Below, piece by piece: positions 1-8,587 of a stretch of DNA of 64,000 nt. The notes under the pieces were generated by a model. The model saw nothing but the letters and a program-made list of their open reading frames with translations. It had not been told where the DNA came from and ran no database searches. How positions within the stretch are numbered: the first letter of the stretch is position 1; each line of letters starts with the position of its first letter. The stretch is from an uncultured Bacteroidaceae bacterium. GTDB lineage: Bacteria; Bacteroidota; Bacteroidia; Bacteroidales; SM23-62. The DNA lies in assembly GCA_964574985.1 (NCBI GenBank), contig CAZNPH010000015.1, forward strand, positions 42,206 through 106,205, read 5' to 3'. Position numbers and translations under genes: made by a program.

Positions 1-639
1 ATAAATCCCCCCTGCTGCAATTAAAGGGATATCTTTGCCATATTTTTCTTTTATTTCAGTAGTGACCTCCTGTATTGATGAAATCAGATTCTCCAGCTGA
101 TTGCTCTGATTTAGCAGCTCGTTGGATTTAAATCCCAGGTGGCCACCGGCTTTTGGTCCTTCAACCACAAATGCATCGGGCAGGTAATTATAATTTTGTT
201 TCCACTTTTTACAAATAATGGATCCTGCCCGTGCGGAAGATACAATGGGGACAAGTTTGGTTTTTGTTTCTTTGCCTAGATATTTAGGGAGATCAAGGGG
301 CAGGCCGGCTCCTGAAAAAATAATATCGATGCCTTCTTCTATTGAAGTGTTCACCATGTCCGCAAAGTTGGTTATCACCGACATAATGTTCACACCAAGT
401 ATGCCAAGGGATTTTTTCCGTGCTTTTCTTATTTCTTTGCGTATGGCATCGATATTGCTTTTTCTATAACCGGCGCCTTGATTTTTTTGAATGAGGCCTA
501 TCCCTACAGTTGAAATAACACCTATTCCTCCCATATTGGCTACCGCCGAAGCAAGTCCGGATAAAGAAATACCAACACCCATTCCTCCCTGAATGATTGG
601 AATGGGTATGTTGATATCTCCGATTTTGAATGATTTCAA
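1..639 (-). CDS. NAD(P)H-dependent flavin oxidoreductase, nitronate monooxygenase / FabK-like; C-terminus runs off the window
   Basis: The minus-strand frame is open from the window edge to TTG at 637-639, with an in-frame TAG just upstream. My own translation, LKSFKIGDINIPIPIIQGGMGVGISLSGLASAVANMGGIGVIS...VVEGPKAGGHLGF...IPLIAAGGIY, shows the FMN-binding TIM-barrel motifs of the NMO family. The gene is absent from the ORF track because it is truncated. Confidence 0.7.
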   Translation of the reverse strand, partial: MKSFKIGDINIPIPIIQGGMGVGISLSGLASAVANMGGIGVISTVGIGLIQKNQGAGYRKSNIDAIRKEIRKARKKSLGILGVNIMSVITNFADMVNTSIEEGIDIIFSGAGLPLDLPKYLGKETKTKLVPIVSSARAGSIICKKWKQNYNYLPDAFVVEGPKAGGHLGFKSNELLNQSNQLENLISSIQEVTTEIKEKYGKDIPLIAAGGIY

Positions 640-649
640 TACGGATGGA

Positions 650-850
650 TTATTCTACCGGTTTTACATTAACGGCAAAGGTGCCTTTATCGCCCTCTTT
701 GGTTTCAAATTCCACTTCCTGATCGGGTTGGAGTCCGTCATAAGTATTTAAACCGGTACGGTGAACAAAAACATCATCACCGTTTTCCTGTTCGATAAAA
801 CCAAAACCTTTGGCTTCATTGAACCATTTTACTTTTCCTTTTACCATCAT
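650..850 (-). CDS. Cold-shock domain protein (CspA family)
   Basis: 66 aa. KGKVKWFNEAKGFGFI and DVFVH are the RNP1/RNP2 motifs of cold-shock domain proteins. Confidence 0.9.
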   Translation of the reverse strand: MMVKGKVKWFNEAKGFGFIEQENGDDVFVHRTGLNTYDGLQPDQEVEFETKEGDKGTFAVNVKPVE

Positions 851-861
851 CAGTAATCCTC

Positions 862-1122
862 CTATCTGTTATAGTTCTCTTTTCTTGGCCTTGCCTCATT
901 GACGACCAAATCTCTGTTTTCTAATGTGGTCCCATTCAGTTCTTCAATTGCCTTGTTTGCTTCATCCTGGTTTTCCATGGTTACAAAACCAAAGCCTTTG
1001 CTTCTGCCACTGTATTTGTCAGTGATGATGTTGACAGAACTTATTGTTCCGTACTCTGCAAATAATTCTTCCAGGTCACTCTCGGTTACCTTATAAGCAA
1101 GGTTTCCTACATAAATGTTCAT
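862..1122 (-). CDS. RRM-type (RNP-1) RNA-binding protein
   Basis: 86 aa. NIYVGNL (RNP2) and KGFGFVTM (RNP1) are present. It lies 11 nt upstream of the csp gene on the same strand. Confidence 0.85.
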   Translation of the reverse strand: MNIYVGNLAYKVTESDLEELFAEYGTISSVNIITDKYSGRSKGFGFVTMENQDEANKAIEELNGTTLENRDLVVNEARPRKENYNR

Positions 1123-1484
1123 AATTTCTAAGATTTAATTGTTTTGTTTTCCAGCAACCGGCTGATCATGCCTGTTTTTTGGATATTTTCTTTATTTGAC
1201 TCCAACTGAACAAACATGAACATCATAAAGGCCTGTTGCTAAAAGTTTTTAAAAATGGATTTAAAAAGGAGAGCAGTGATGAACCAATTATGAGAAATAA
1301 ATCAGTAAATAAAGCGCAAGTTCTCAAATCTCAAATTTATGCAAGTTTACGTTTTTATTTTTAAAGTATTGCTATTTAAGTGGTTTTTTTTCGGATTTGA
1401 ATTAAAATATTTCAATAAGTTTGTAGTCATTGGCATTCAAAAGTTGATTCTCTGATTCCCGGCAGAACGATAATCAATCCGGAA

Positions 1485-3293
1485 GTGATCACACAACCGA
1501 ATTCTCCGGCTGAGGAAATAAGGATTGCCATGATCATGCACAACGGGGCTCCGGTTGAATTGATCGGATTTAAACGCAAAAAACAGACAACGTCAGATAT
1601 GAGAGCAGTCATTTATATTTCGGGAATTGCAGGCGGAATGCTTCTGATTATAAGGATCACAGGAATATTTCAGGAGTTTCCCCACAATGATTTGATTCTG
1701 GTTTTTGCCCTGATCCTGCTGGGATTGATTTTCCTGCCACTGGTGCTTATTGACCGGATTCATCAGAACAGGAAAGTAGACCGGATCATCGAATTCCATA
1801 AGGGTAAAAAGGATAATGCACCGCTGATGTCAGAAAAGAAAACAGGCAGAAAAGGCTGGAGCATGAATGATTCACCGTTCAGGGAAAGAAAATCGGGATT
1901 GAGCTGGGGAAGAGGGAATATCAAAGCTGCTGATGAAGAAAGAAAAAGCCGGAGATCATTTCTGAAAAATCTTAGAACTATCGGAATATTTGCTGCAACC
2001 TTGCCGGCAATGAAATGCCAGAGTCTGTGTGCAAATGAACCGTCAGGAAAACCTGACGAGCCCGAAAGCCCCAACATCATTATCATTTTTACCGACGATC
2101 AGGGATATGCCGATCTGGGATGTTACGGATCCGAAACGAACAAAACTCCGCGTATGGACCAGCTGGCCAGGGAAGGGACAAGATTCACCGATTTTTATGC
2201 TCAGCCTGTGTCCGGGCCCTCCCGCTCGGCTCTCCTCACAGGCAGGTATCCGATACGCAGCAAGGGCTGGAGCATGCCGGCCAGTGAGATCACTTTTGCC
2301 GAGCTGATCCGGGAAGTGGGCTACCAGACAGCCTGCATCGGCAAGTGGGATGTTTCAAACCGCAAAGCCATCATTGAGCGCATGCCCAATGCCCAGGGAT
2401 TCGATTACTATTTCGGGACCCTTGGCGCCAATGACAACGGTACGGTTGCATTCCATGAAAACAATGAGCCTGCAGGAGGAACCGATGACATGGGCAGTCT
2501 TCTCCGGCTATATACGGACAAAGCCATTGATTACCTGAAAAACAGGCGTGACAGGGAAAAACCTTTCCTCCTGTACCTTGCACACACCATGATGCATACC
2601 ATCATAGACGCCTCCCCGGCGTTCAGGGGCACGTCGGAAGGCGGATTATACGGCGACGTGGTGGAGGAATTCGATTATGAGACCGGCCGTTTGCTGGATA
2701 CAGTGGATGAACTGGGCCTGCGGGAGAACACGCTGATCATTTACACCACAGATAACGGTCCATGGAACCAGCCTGTCTACACGGAGAATAAAAAGGGCCA
2801 TCCGGAAGGTTCGATCTTCTGGGGAGATTCCGGTTCCCTGCGCAACGGCAAGGGTTCCTGTTATGAAGGCGGATCCAGGGTTCCTTGCATTGTCCGTTGG
2901 CCGGGAAAAGTTCCGGGGAACAGGGTGTCCGATGCCATTTTTGCCACTGCCGATTTTCTGCCCACATTTGCCACGTTGTCCGGATTCGATGTGCCGGATG
3001 ACCGGGTCATCGACGGGGTGGACCAGACCGGTTTGCTTCTCGGCATGACCCGGGAAGGATCCCGCAGCACATATTTCTATCAGGGAAATGGTGTACGGAA
3101 GGGTAAATGGAAATATCTCAGGGCAAAGCATGATGTAAGCGGTTTTGCCGTGGATAAAGAGCGTGAGGAGGTCGAGGAACTTTACAATCTAAAAACCGAT
3201 ATCGGCGAAACCACCAACCTGGCCGGGCAATACCCCGAAAAAGTTGCGGAGCTTGAAAAGCTGATGCAGGCAATCGCAGAAGGAAAGAAATAA
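1485..3293 (+). CDS. Ser-type sulfatase (arylsulfatase family) with a twin-arginine signal; start uncertain (alternative ATG at 1863)
   Basis: IIIIFTDDQGYADLGCYG and PVSGPSRSALLTGRYP carry the S-x-P-x-R formylglycine motif with Ser in place of Cys. SRRSFLKNLRTIGIFAATLPA resembles a TAT signal at aa ~155-180. The 126 codons upstream of ATG 1863 encode two hydrophobic helices and may not belong to the enzyme. Confidence 0.8.
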   Translation: MITQPNSPAEEIRIAMIMHNGAPVELIGFKRKKQTTSDMRAVIYISGIAGGMLLIIRITGIFQEFPHNDLILVFALILLGLIFLPLVLIDRIHQNRKVDRIIEFHKGKKDNAPLMSEKKTGRKGWSMNDSPFRERKSGLSWGRGNIKAADEERKSRRSFLKNLRTIGIFAATLPAMKCQSLCANEPSGKPDEPESPNIIIIFTDDQGYADLGCYGSETNKTPRMDQLAREGTRFTDFYAQPVSGPSRSALLTGRYPIRSKGWSMPASEITFAELIREVGYQTACIGKWDVSNRKAIIERMPNAQGFDYYFGTLGANDNGTVAFHENNEPAGGTDDMGSLLRLYTDKAIDYLKNRRDREKPFLLYLAHTMMHTIIDASPAFRGTSEGGLYGDVVEEFDYETGRLLDTVDELGLRENTLIIYTTDNGPWNQPVYTENKKGHPEGSIFWGDSGSLRNGKGSCYEGGSRVPCIVRWPGKVPGNRVSDAIFATADFLPTFATLSGFDVPDDRVIDGVDQTGLLLGMTREGSRSTYFYQGNGVRKGKWKYLRAKHDVSGFAVDKEREEVEELYNLKTDIGETTNLAGQYPEKVAELEKLMQAIAEGKK

Positions 3294-4164
3294 TATTCAA
3301 TTGTATTTATCGGGATTTCCGACCTGCCCCCGAGTCACGGCTTCGGCGGGATCACCGGCGGTGTATGCCCGGAGTGGCCCGCGGCGGCCAAGGCACACAT
3401 GATTCCCTATACAGATACAATCATCCGGAAGACTACAGGCTATATACTGATCACAAGACCGAGGTGATTTATTACGGGGAGGAAACGGCGATCGGAACAC
3501 TTCCCAGGGTTGATCTGATCAGGGAGCATTATGACCGGAATCCGGATGTTCCCCTGGGCTGGGAGGCGCCCATTATCTGAGACTGTATGATGCCTGTGCG
3601 GATTTGATTTCCCGGCCATACAGGAGATCATGTTCTGAGGATCGATTGCCGGAAAGCCGGTTTTGACACGGCCCTTGCGGTGAATCTGACAGGAGGTTTT
3701 CAATACGGACAATTGCTGGCGGAAAATATTTCCATCCCGGTCGACAGTCACGGTTATTATCATGTACGGGCCAGATTGTCGGAGGAGGGCAGAACCGTTG
3801 CCCGGGGGGCTGACGAGGCCCTGGTGGTGAATTTGCCTGCTGCGGATTCCCGGAACCGGATCCGATGCTGTTGCCCAAAGAGTTTTGCTGAACATGATGG
3901 ATTGGATCCTTTCCCGGGATGCACAATAAATTCAGCTTATGAGAAACTGGAAACCATTTCTGCTTTCAATGATCTGGGGACCTTTGCTGCTTGCCCGGAT
4001 CCTCCTGGTTTTTGCCTTTGATTATTACAACCGGGCAGGGATTCATGCCATGATGTACGCGGGATGGGTTATCTGGCTCATATCCATTGTTTTCTGCACC
4101 AGGCAGAAAGATTCCGGAGACAGAACCGAAGGTGCCCGGATTCTGGCCATCGTGGAAAAAGGAG

Positions 4165-4998
4165 CCAGTTCACCTGGATGCCTTCCCCTATGAAATGAGG
4201 TTCTCACCCGATAACAAATACCTATATAAACAACAACGGGAGCTTGCGGTATGCCGACACCGTTGAGGGCGGTAAAACCGTTTCCGTGGTAAACCTGCAG
4301 CGTATGGAAAAGGAAGAAGTTATTCCGGTGCTTCCATACCGGCGCCCTGACGGGATTGACGTGGATGCCGAAACAGGGTATCTTGCGGTGGGTGTCGAAG
4401 AACCCGATCAGGTTCTGCTGATCGATCCTGACCTGAAGAGAAAAAGATCGTCAAGCATTTTGACAATCACGGCAAGGCGCCCCACATGGTGACCATTTCC
4501 AAAGGGGCAAAGTGGATTTATGCCAGCAATGTGGAGTCTGCCAACGTAGTTGGCATCAATACGGAAACCGGGGAATTGCTGGTTTTCGCGTCCTCAAAGT
4601 ATGGGATCGGTTTTGCCGGTGCGAAAACTTATCAGATGATCATTCATCTTGATATTCCCTACAAGCCTTTTTCGCTGCATACTTAGGACGTTGAGAAATT
4701 TGCCTATTGTGCCGCCGAGGAACAGGATGTGGTGTATATCGTCAGTTTTGACGACAAAAAGATCAACCGCAAATTTAAAGTTGGGAAGGGCCTGTGGCCA
4801 AATCCGGTTCAGGAATTCCGGGTCGACCGCCCCGTTGCCGTTGATGAAAAATCAGGCACCGCTGAAATCCCGGCATTCGCCCGGCAGGTTCCGGACAATG
4901 AATTTCACAAAGGCTGCCAGATCAAGTCCGCCGACATCAAAGGGCACAAGAAACAGGATCTGGTCGCTGTTTCAGACTGCCTGCCGGAGATGGTGTAG
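4165..4998 (+). pseudogene. YVTN/YncE-like beta-propeller repeat protein, broken into at least 4 frames
   Basis: Fragments sit in different frames: FPYEMRFSPDNKYLY; RYADTVEGGKTVSVVNL...YLAVGVEEPDQVLLID; EEKKIVKHFDNHGKAPHMVTISKGAKWIYASNVESANVVGINTETGE; VVYIVSFDDKKINRKFKVGKG. They read as consecutive propeller blades only if frameshifts are allowed. Confidence 0.5.
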
Positions 4999-5327
4999 TT
5001 CGAGAATTTCGGAAGGGATAATAATATCCTTGATGATTTTCATATTATGGCCAATTTATAATATTTGCTTATCTTCAATTGTTTTGTTTCGTGTCTCAGT
5101 TCAGGACAATCCCCGTAAGGTTTTTTCGGATCCTTTTCATGAACCCGTGAATGACAATGACAATCCGTTCAGCATGGACAACTTCCTATACCCGGGATCC
5201 CATGGATTTGCAGATCGTAGAAGATGCAAGGCATCTGATCAACCAGGTGATCAACATCGAATTTATCCCTGTTTGTCACAAGACAAAATCATAAATAATC
5301 AAAACAATCAATTAAAAAAGAAAAACC

Positions 5328-5831
5328 ATGAAAACTGCTGCCATGAAAACAACGTTAGCAACCTTGACCTTGGCCTGCTTTCTAATGTTCATGGGGACTT
5401 CCGTGTATGCACAAAAGGATCTTCCGGATGTGCATGTGGTTGCCTCTGAAATTAAGAAGATAAAGATCATCAGGCTTGCCCCGGGTACCGACATGCTGGA
5501 AGGGCTGAACCGGGCTGTAAAGGACAACAATATCAAAAATGCAGTCATTATGGCCGGGATCGGTTCGGTGACCGATTACCATTACCACGTGGTAGGTGAC
5601 AGGAACCTGCCGCCGGTCAATATTTTCACCAAAGCCCCGGTTGCCAAGGACCTGACCTCAACACAGGGATACATCCTTGACGGACGGGTTCATGCGCATA
5701 TTACCCTGTCAGATGAAAACAGCGTAATCGGAGGCCACCTGGAACCGGGAACAAAAGCTCTGACTTTTATCATCGTAACCGTCGGCCTGTTATCCGATGA
5801 TCTGGACATTTCAAAATTTGACACATATTAA
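5328..5831 (+). CDS. PPC (DUF296) domain protein with N-terminal signal peptide
   Basis: 167 aa. The signal-like N-terminus is TLATLTLACFLMFMGTSVYAQ. The core IIRLAPGTDMLEGLNRAV...AVIMAGIGSV...GGHLEPG resembles PPC/DUF296 proteins. Confidence 0.55.
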   Translation: MKTAAMKTTLATLTLACFLMFMGTSVYAQKDLPDVHVVASEIKKIKIIRLAPGTDMLEGLNRAVKDNNIKNAVIMAGIGSVTDYHYHVVGDRNLPPVNIFTKAPVAKDLTSTQGYILDGRVHAHITLSDENSVIGGHLEPGTKALTFIIVTVGLLSDDLDISKFDTY

Positions 5832-5852
5832 TATTAATCGCAAACAAGCGGC

Positions 5853-6221
5853 ATGCTGATTGCGTTGGAATTATTAAAATGCGATGTTAACTTGATAAGC
5901 ATTGTATTGTATTTTCTTTCCTTTTCGATGCTGGTTTCCTGTGAGAAGAAAGATGAACCCCTGCCGGACATACCGGCTTTTTCGGAAACCATTGCTTCCA
6001 GTCCGTCATACGGGGATCAGCCGTATTACGGAATGAGCTCCACCTGGAACGGCAGGTATATAACCAAGGTGGTCCGGTACGGAAATGATGTGGGGGCGGA
6101 TGAACCGGGCATTATCCGCCTTTATAAAAAAAGCGGGGACCAGTCATGGGTGCAGGGAGAGGCAACAAGTTTTCCGGGATATTGCCGTATTGCCGGCCAA
6201 AATGTTCAGGAGGTCAGGTAA
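5853..6221 (+). CDS. Hypothetical lipoprotein
   Basis: 122 aa. A hydrophobic N-terminus ends in the lipobox-like MLVSC. I recognised no family. Confidence 0.4.
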   Translation: MLIALELLKCDVNLISIVLYFLSFSMLVSCEKKDEPLPDIPAFSETIASSPSYGDQPYYGMSSTWNGRYITKVVRYGNDVGADEPGIIRLYKKSGDQSWVQGEATSFPGYCRIAGQNVQEVR

Positions 6222-6273
6222 AATTGAATGATTGAATGTATATTTACGGTATCATTAACCGAAAAAATAAAAA

Positions 6274-6456
6274 ATGGCAAGAGATGCTCAATGCAATGCA
6301 TCTTCGGGTGCAGTATACGGACTCGGCCTCATCGGGGCCGCAATTTATTTTATCGGCCAGGCCACCAGTTTCTGGATGGGTGTGCTCGGTTTTCTGAAAG
6401 CCATCGTCTGGCCTGTCTTCCTTGTATTGCAGGCATTCAAGGAACTGGCAATGTAA
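6274..6456 (+). CDS. Small two-helix membrane protein (hypothetical)
   Basis: 60 aa. GAVYGLGLIGAAIYFIGQATSFWMGVLGFLKAIVWPVFLVL has a protein-like composition and two predicted TM helices. Confidence 0.45.
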   Translation: MARDAQCNASSGAVYGLGLIGAAIYFIGQATSFWMGVLGFLKAIVWPVFLVLQAFKELAM

Positions 6457-6531
6457 TTGAAAAAATATTCTTCGCGGACCTGTTCCGTCTGAAATTATAC
6501 TGCAGCTTACAACATTCCCTCCCGGAATGAG

Positions 6532-7420
6532 GGTTTTGAGATCGGCGTACTGGTGGCGGACAAACCGGAAGGCCCGTACCGGGATGCGCTGGGCAAGCCC
6601 CTGATGACCCGGGAAATACTGGAAAACAACGGAATAAGCCTGATCCGGAAAAATCATGGAAAACAAGCCGGCTGCCTCAGTCCGACCGTCATATATGACC
6701 ATTCCGGAGTCCCTTATCTTCTGTTCGGCCAGTGGCGGGTTTTTGCGGTAAAGCTGAAACCTTCCATGACTGTGATTGAAGGGCCGGTCATCGAGATCGA
6801 AGTGCCCCTCAGGGCCGGAGAGGCATACGAATACATAGAAGGCCCCAGTATCCATAAAATGGAAGACCGGTATTATTTATCCTACATGACTTATAAGGAC
6901 TGGCAGGGCACAGACAACCCGAATTTCAGCGATGATGATCCTGAAGGCCCTTATATTCAATATTGCACGTCGGACAATATGTTTGGCCCCTACAGGGATC
7001 CAAGGCACTGGATATATCCCTTTGAAGCAGATGCGGCCAATAACCAGCATGCCGTAGGCACCTATCAGGGGGAATGGTATGTGGTTTATCATGTTCCCTA
7101 TCAGCACAAACAACACCGGCAGGCAGCCGTTACACGGCTGAGAACTGATGATAACGGGGATCTGCTGCCCATATATCCTGCAAGGGATCCGGGGGTGATG
7201 CCGCAGGATTCGGTGAGATTGGTACTCGACGCGTATGCATACAAGCGTGAGGCGGAAGTGCCGAGGTGAGTTTTACCTACTGGATCACTCATTACAAGGA
7301 ACTGACCGGGAAAGTGCAGGGTGCCAGGGGTGTCCATGACCTGTACATTGTTGCCCGGGGAAATCACGGGGATGCCTGCGGGAGATTGTTCAACGTGAAC
7401 TGGTTTACCTTTACAAAATA
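6532..7420 (+). pseudogene. GH43 glycoside hydrolase remnant, N-terminally truncated, with a frameshifted CBM-like tail
   Basis: The frame opens right after a stop at 6529 with GFEIGVLVADKPEGPYRDALGKPL. IEGPSIHKMEDRYYLSYM is the typical GH43 EGP motif. The N-terminal ~150 aa of the fold are missing. The tail ...HDLYIVARGNHGDACGRLFNVNWFTFTK lies in another frame (7270-7420). Confidence 0.6.
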
Positions 7421-7477
7421 GTCGGCTTACACATTAGAAAAGATTTCATATCTTCATAAGTCCAAAGCAACAGGTGT

Positions 7478-7792
7478 ATGAATGGTGAAGAAGATAAATT
7501 ACGGGAAGCATTTTCTGCAGAACAAAGAAAACTGGCCAGGTATGCCAAGGCAATGGGGCACCCCGTTCGTATTTATATTCTCGAATTGCTTTCCAGACAA
7601 AGTTGCTGCTACAGCGGAGACCTGACCGAGATACTGCCCATTGCCAAATCGACATTATCCCAGCATTTGAAGGAATTAAAGAGTGCAGGATTGATCCAGG
7701 GGGAGATCGAAGCTCCCAGGATCAAATACTGTCTGAACAAGGAAAAGTGGGAAGAAGCAAAGATCTTATTGAATAAGGTTTTGGGAATGTAA
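7478..7792 (+). CDS. ArsR/SmtB family transcriptional regulator
   Basis: 104 aa. FAKAMGHPVRIYILELL...CCYSGDL...LPIAKSTLSQHLKELKSAGLI is the winged-helix ArsR signature. Confidence 0.85.
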   Translation: MNGEEDKLREAFSAEQRKLARYAKAMGHPVRIYILELLSRQSCCYSGDLTEILPIAKSTLSQHLKELKSAGLIQGEIEAPRIKYCLNKEKWEEAKILLNKVLGM

Positions 7793-7841
7793 TATTTTTT
7801 ATAGTTTCATTCGTAATTTTGCGAAACAGATCCTGCCTTTA

Positions 7842-8060
7842 TTGACCATAGGAATACTGGTTGCCGGATTTTTACTGGGATCAAAGCATGATGGAACCCA
7901 TATATCGGGGACGGGCAACGGGACCTCCCTGGCTTTGTTGCTTGCAGGTCCTTCATTGATACTTCCCGATATGCTGATCATCCGTAAACGTAATGGATAC
8001 AGAAAAAACGGGGTTCGCCGGCCCGGCATGCGGACAGCACGCGGGTGGCTGGCAACAAAT
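7842..8060 (+). pseudogene. C-terminal remnant of a permease of the kind usually paired with ArsR (DUF318-like)
   Basis: Only LALLLAGPSLILPDMLIIRK... followed in another frame by VMDTEKT... is left. There is no upstream body of the gene. Confidence 0.4.
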
Positions 8061-8125
8061 ACGAATAAAACAAAAAATGATTTATTTTCCGGAAGGATTG
8101 GATGATTTGATTCGCTTCGCTTCGC

Positions 8126-8575
8126 TTGTGGAAATCGAATATGAGAAACCATCAGATAAACTCAGGCTTTTTATTTGCCGCCCTGGTTTCCTCTCCTACA
8201 AGGGCCAGTGTTCTGACCGGGAGGCATCCCTACCGGATGGGAATATACTTTGCCAATGTGGGTCATATGCCTGGCGAAGAGATGATCCTGGTCGGAATCC
8301 TCAGGGACCGGGGAAGGAAAGATCGCTGCCCGGAAAGGGCATCTGTACGAGGGAGGCATCCGTGTGCCGGGCATTCTGGAATGGCCGGCAATGCTTGTTA
8401 AGCACCGGGTTACAAATTTCCCGTCGGATTCCGGTCACGGCTCGGTGGCGAAGAGTATTTCGCCTGGATGGAAAACGAATACAAGCTGATCAGTGAGAAC
8501 AGCGGAGAGGACCCCTTCGAAATGCATGACCTTTCCGATTCGCTTCCCGGAAGAACCACCCGGATGATCCGGTGA
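8126..8575 (+). pseudogene. Sulfatase remnant (about 150 codons left, spread over 3 frames)
   Basis: The pieces are FAALVSSPTRASVLTGRHPYRMGIYFANVGHMPGEEM (FGly motif region), [17 protein letters not shown] in a second frame, and [28 protein letters not shown] in a third. A full sulfatase is roughly three times longer. Confidence 0.65.
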
Positions 8576-8587
8576 CCGGCTATTCGA

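Noticed and set aside
3939-4193. An 84-aa ORF with two hydrophobic helices (MRNWKPFLLSMIWGPLLLARILLVFAF...), considered as a real small membrane protein.
   Set aside because: After the helices it runs into unrelated sequence and then directly into the beta-propeller fragment. It fits an N-terminal remnant of a larger membrane protein better. It is reported only within the gene-graveyard finding.
4649-5449. A 266-aa plus-strand ORF spanning the end of the beta-propeller remnant and the start of the PPC-domain gene.
   Set aside because: Its composition is not protein-like (R/S/C/N-rich). It crosses a frame already explained by the propeller fragments, and it overlaps the well-formed signal peptide of the 5328 gene in another frame.
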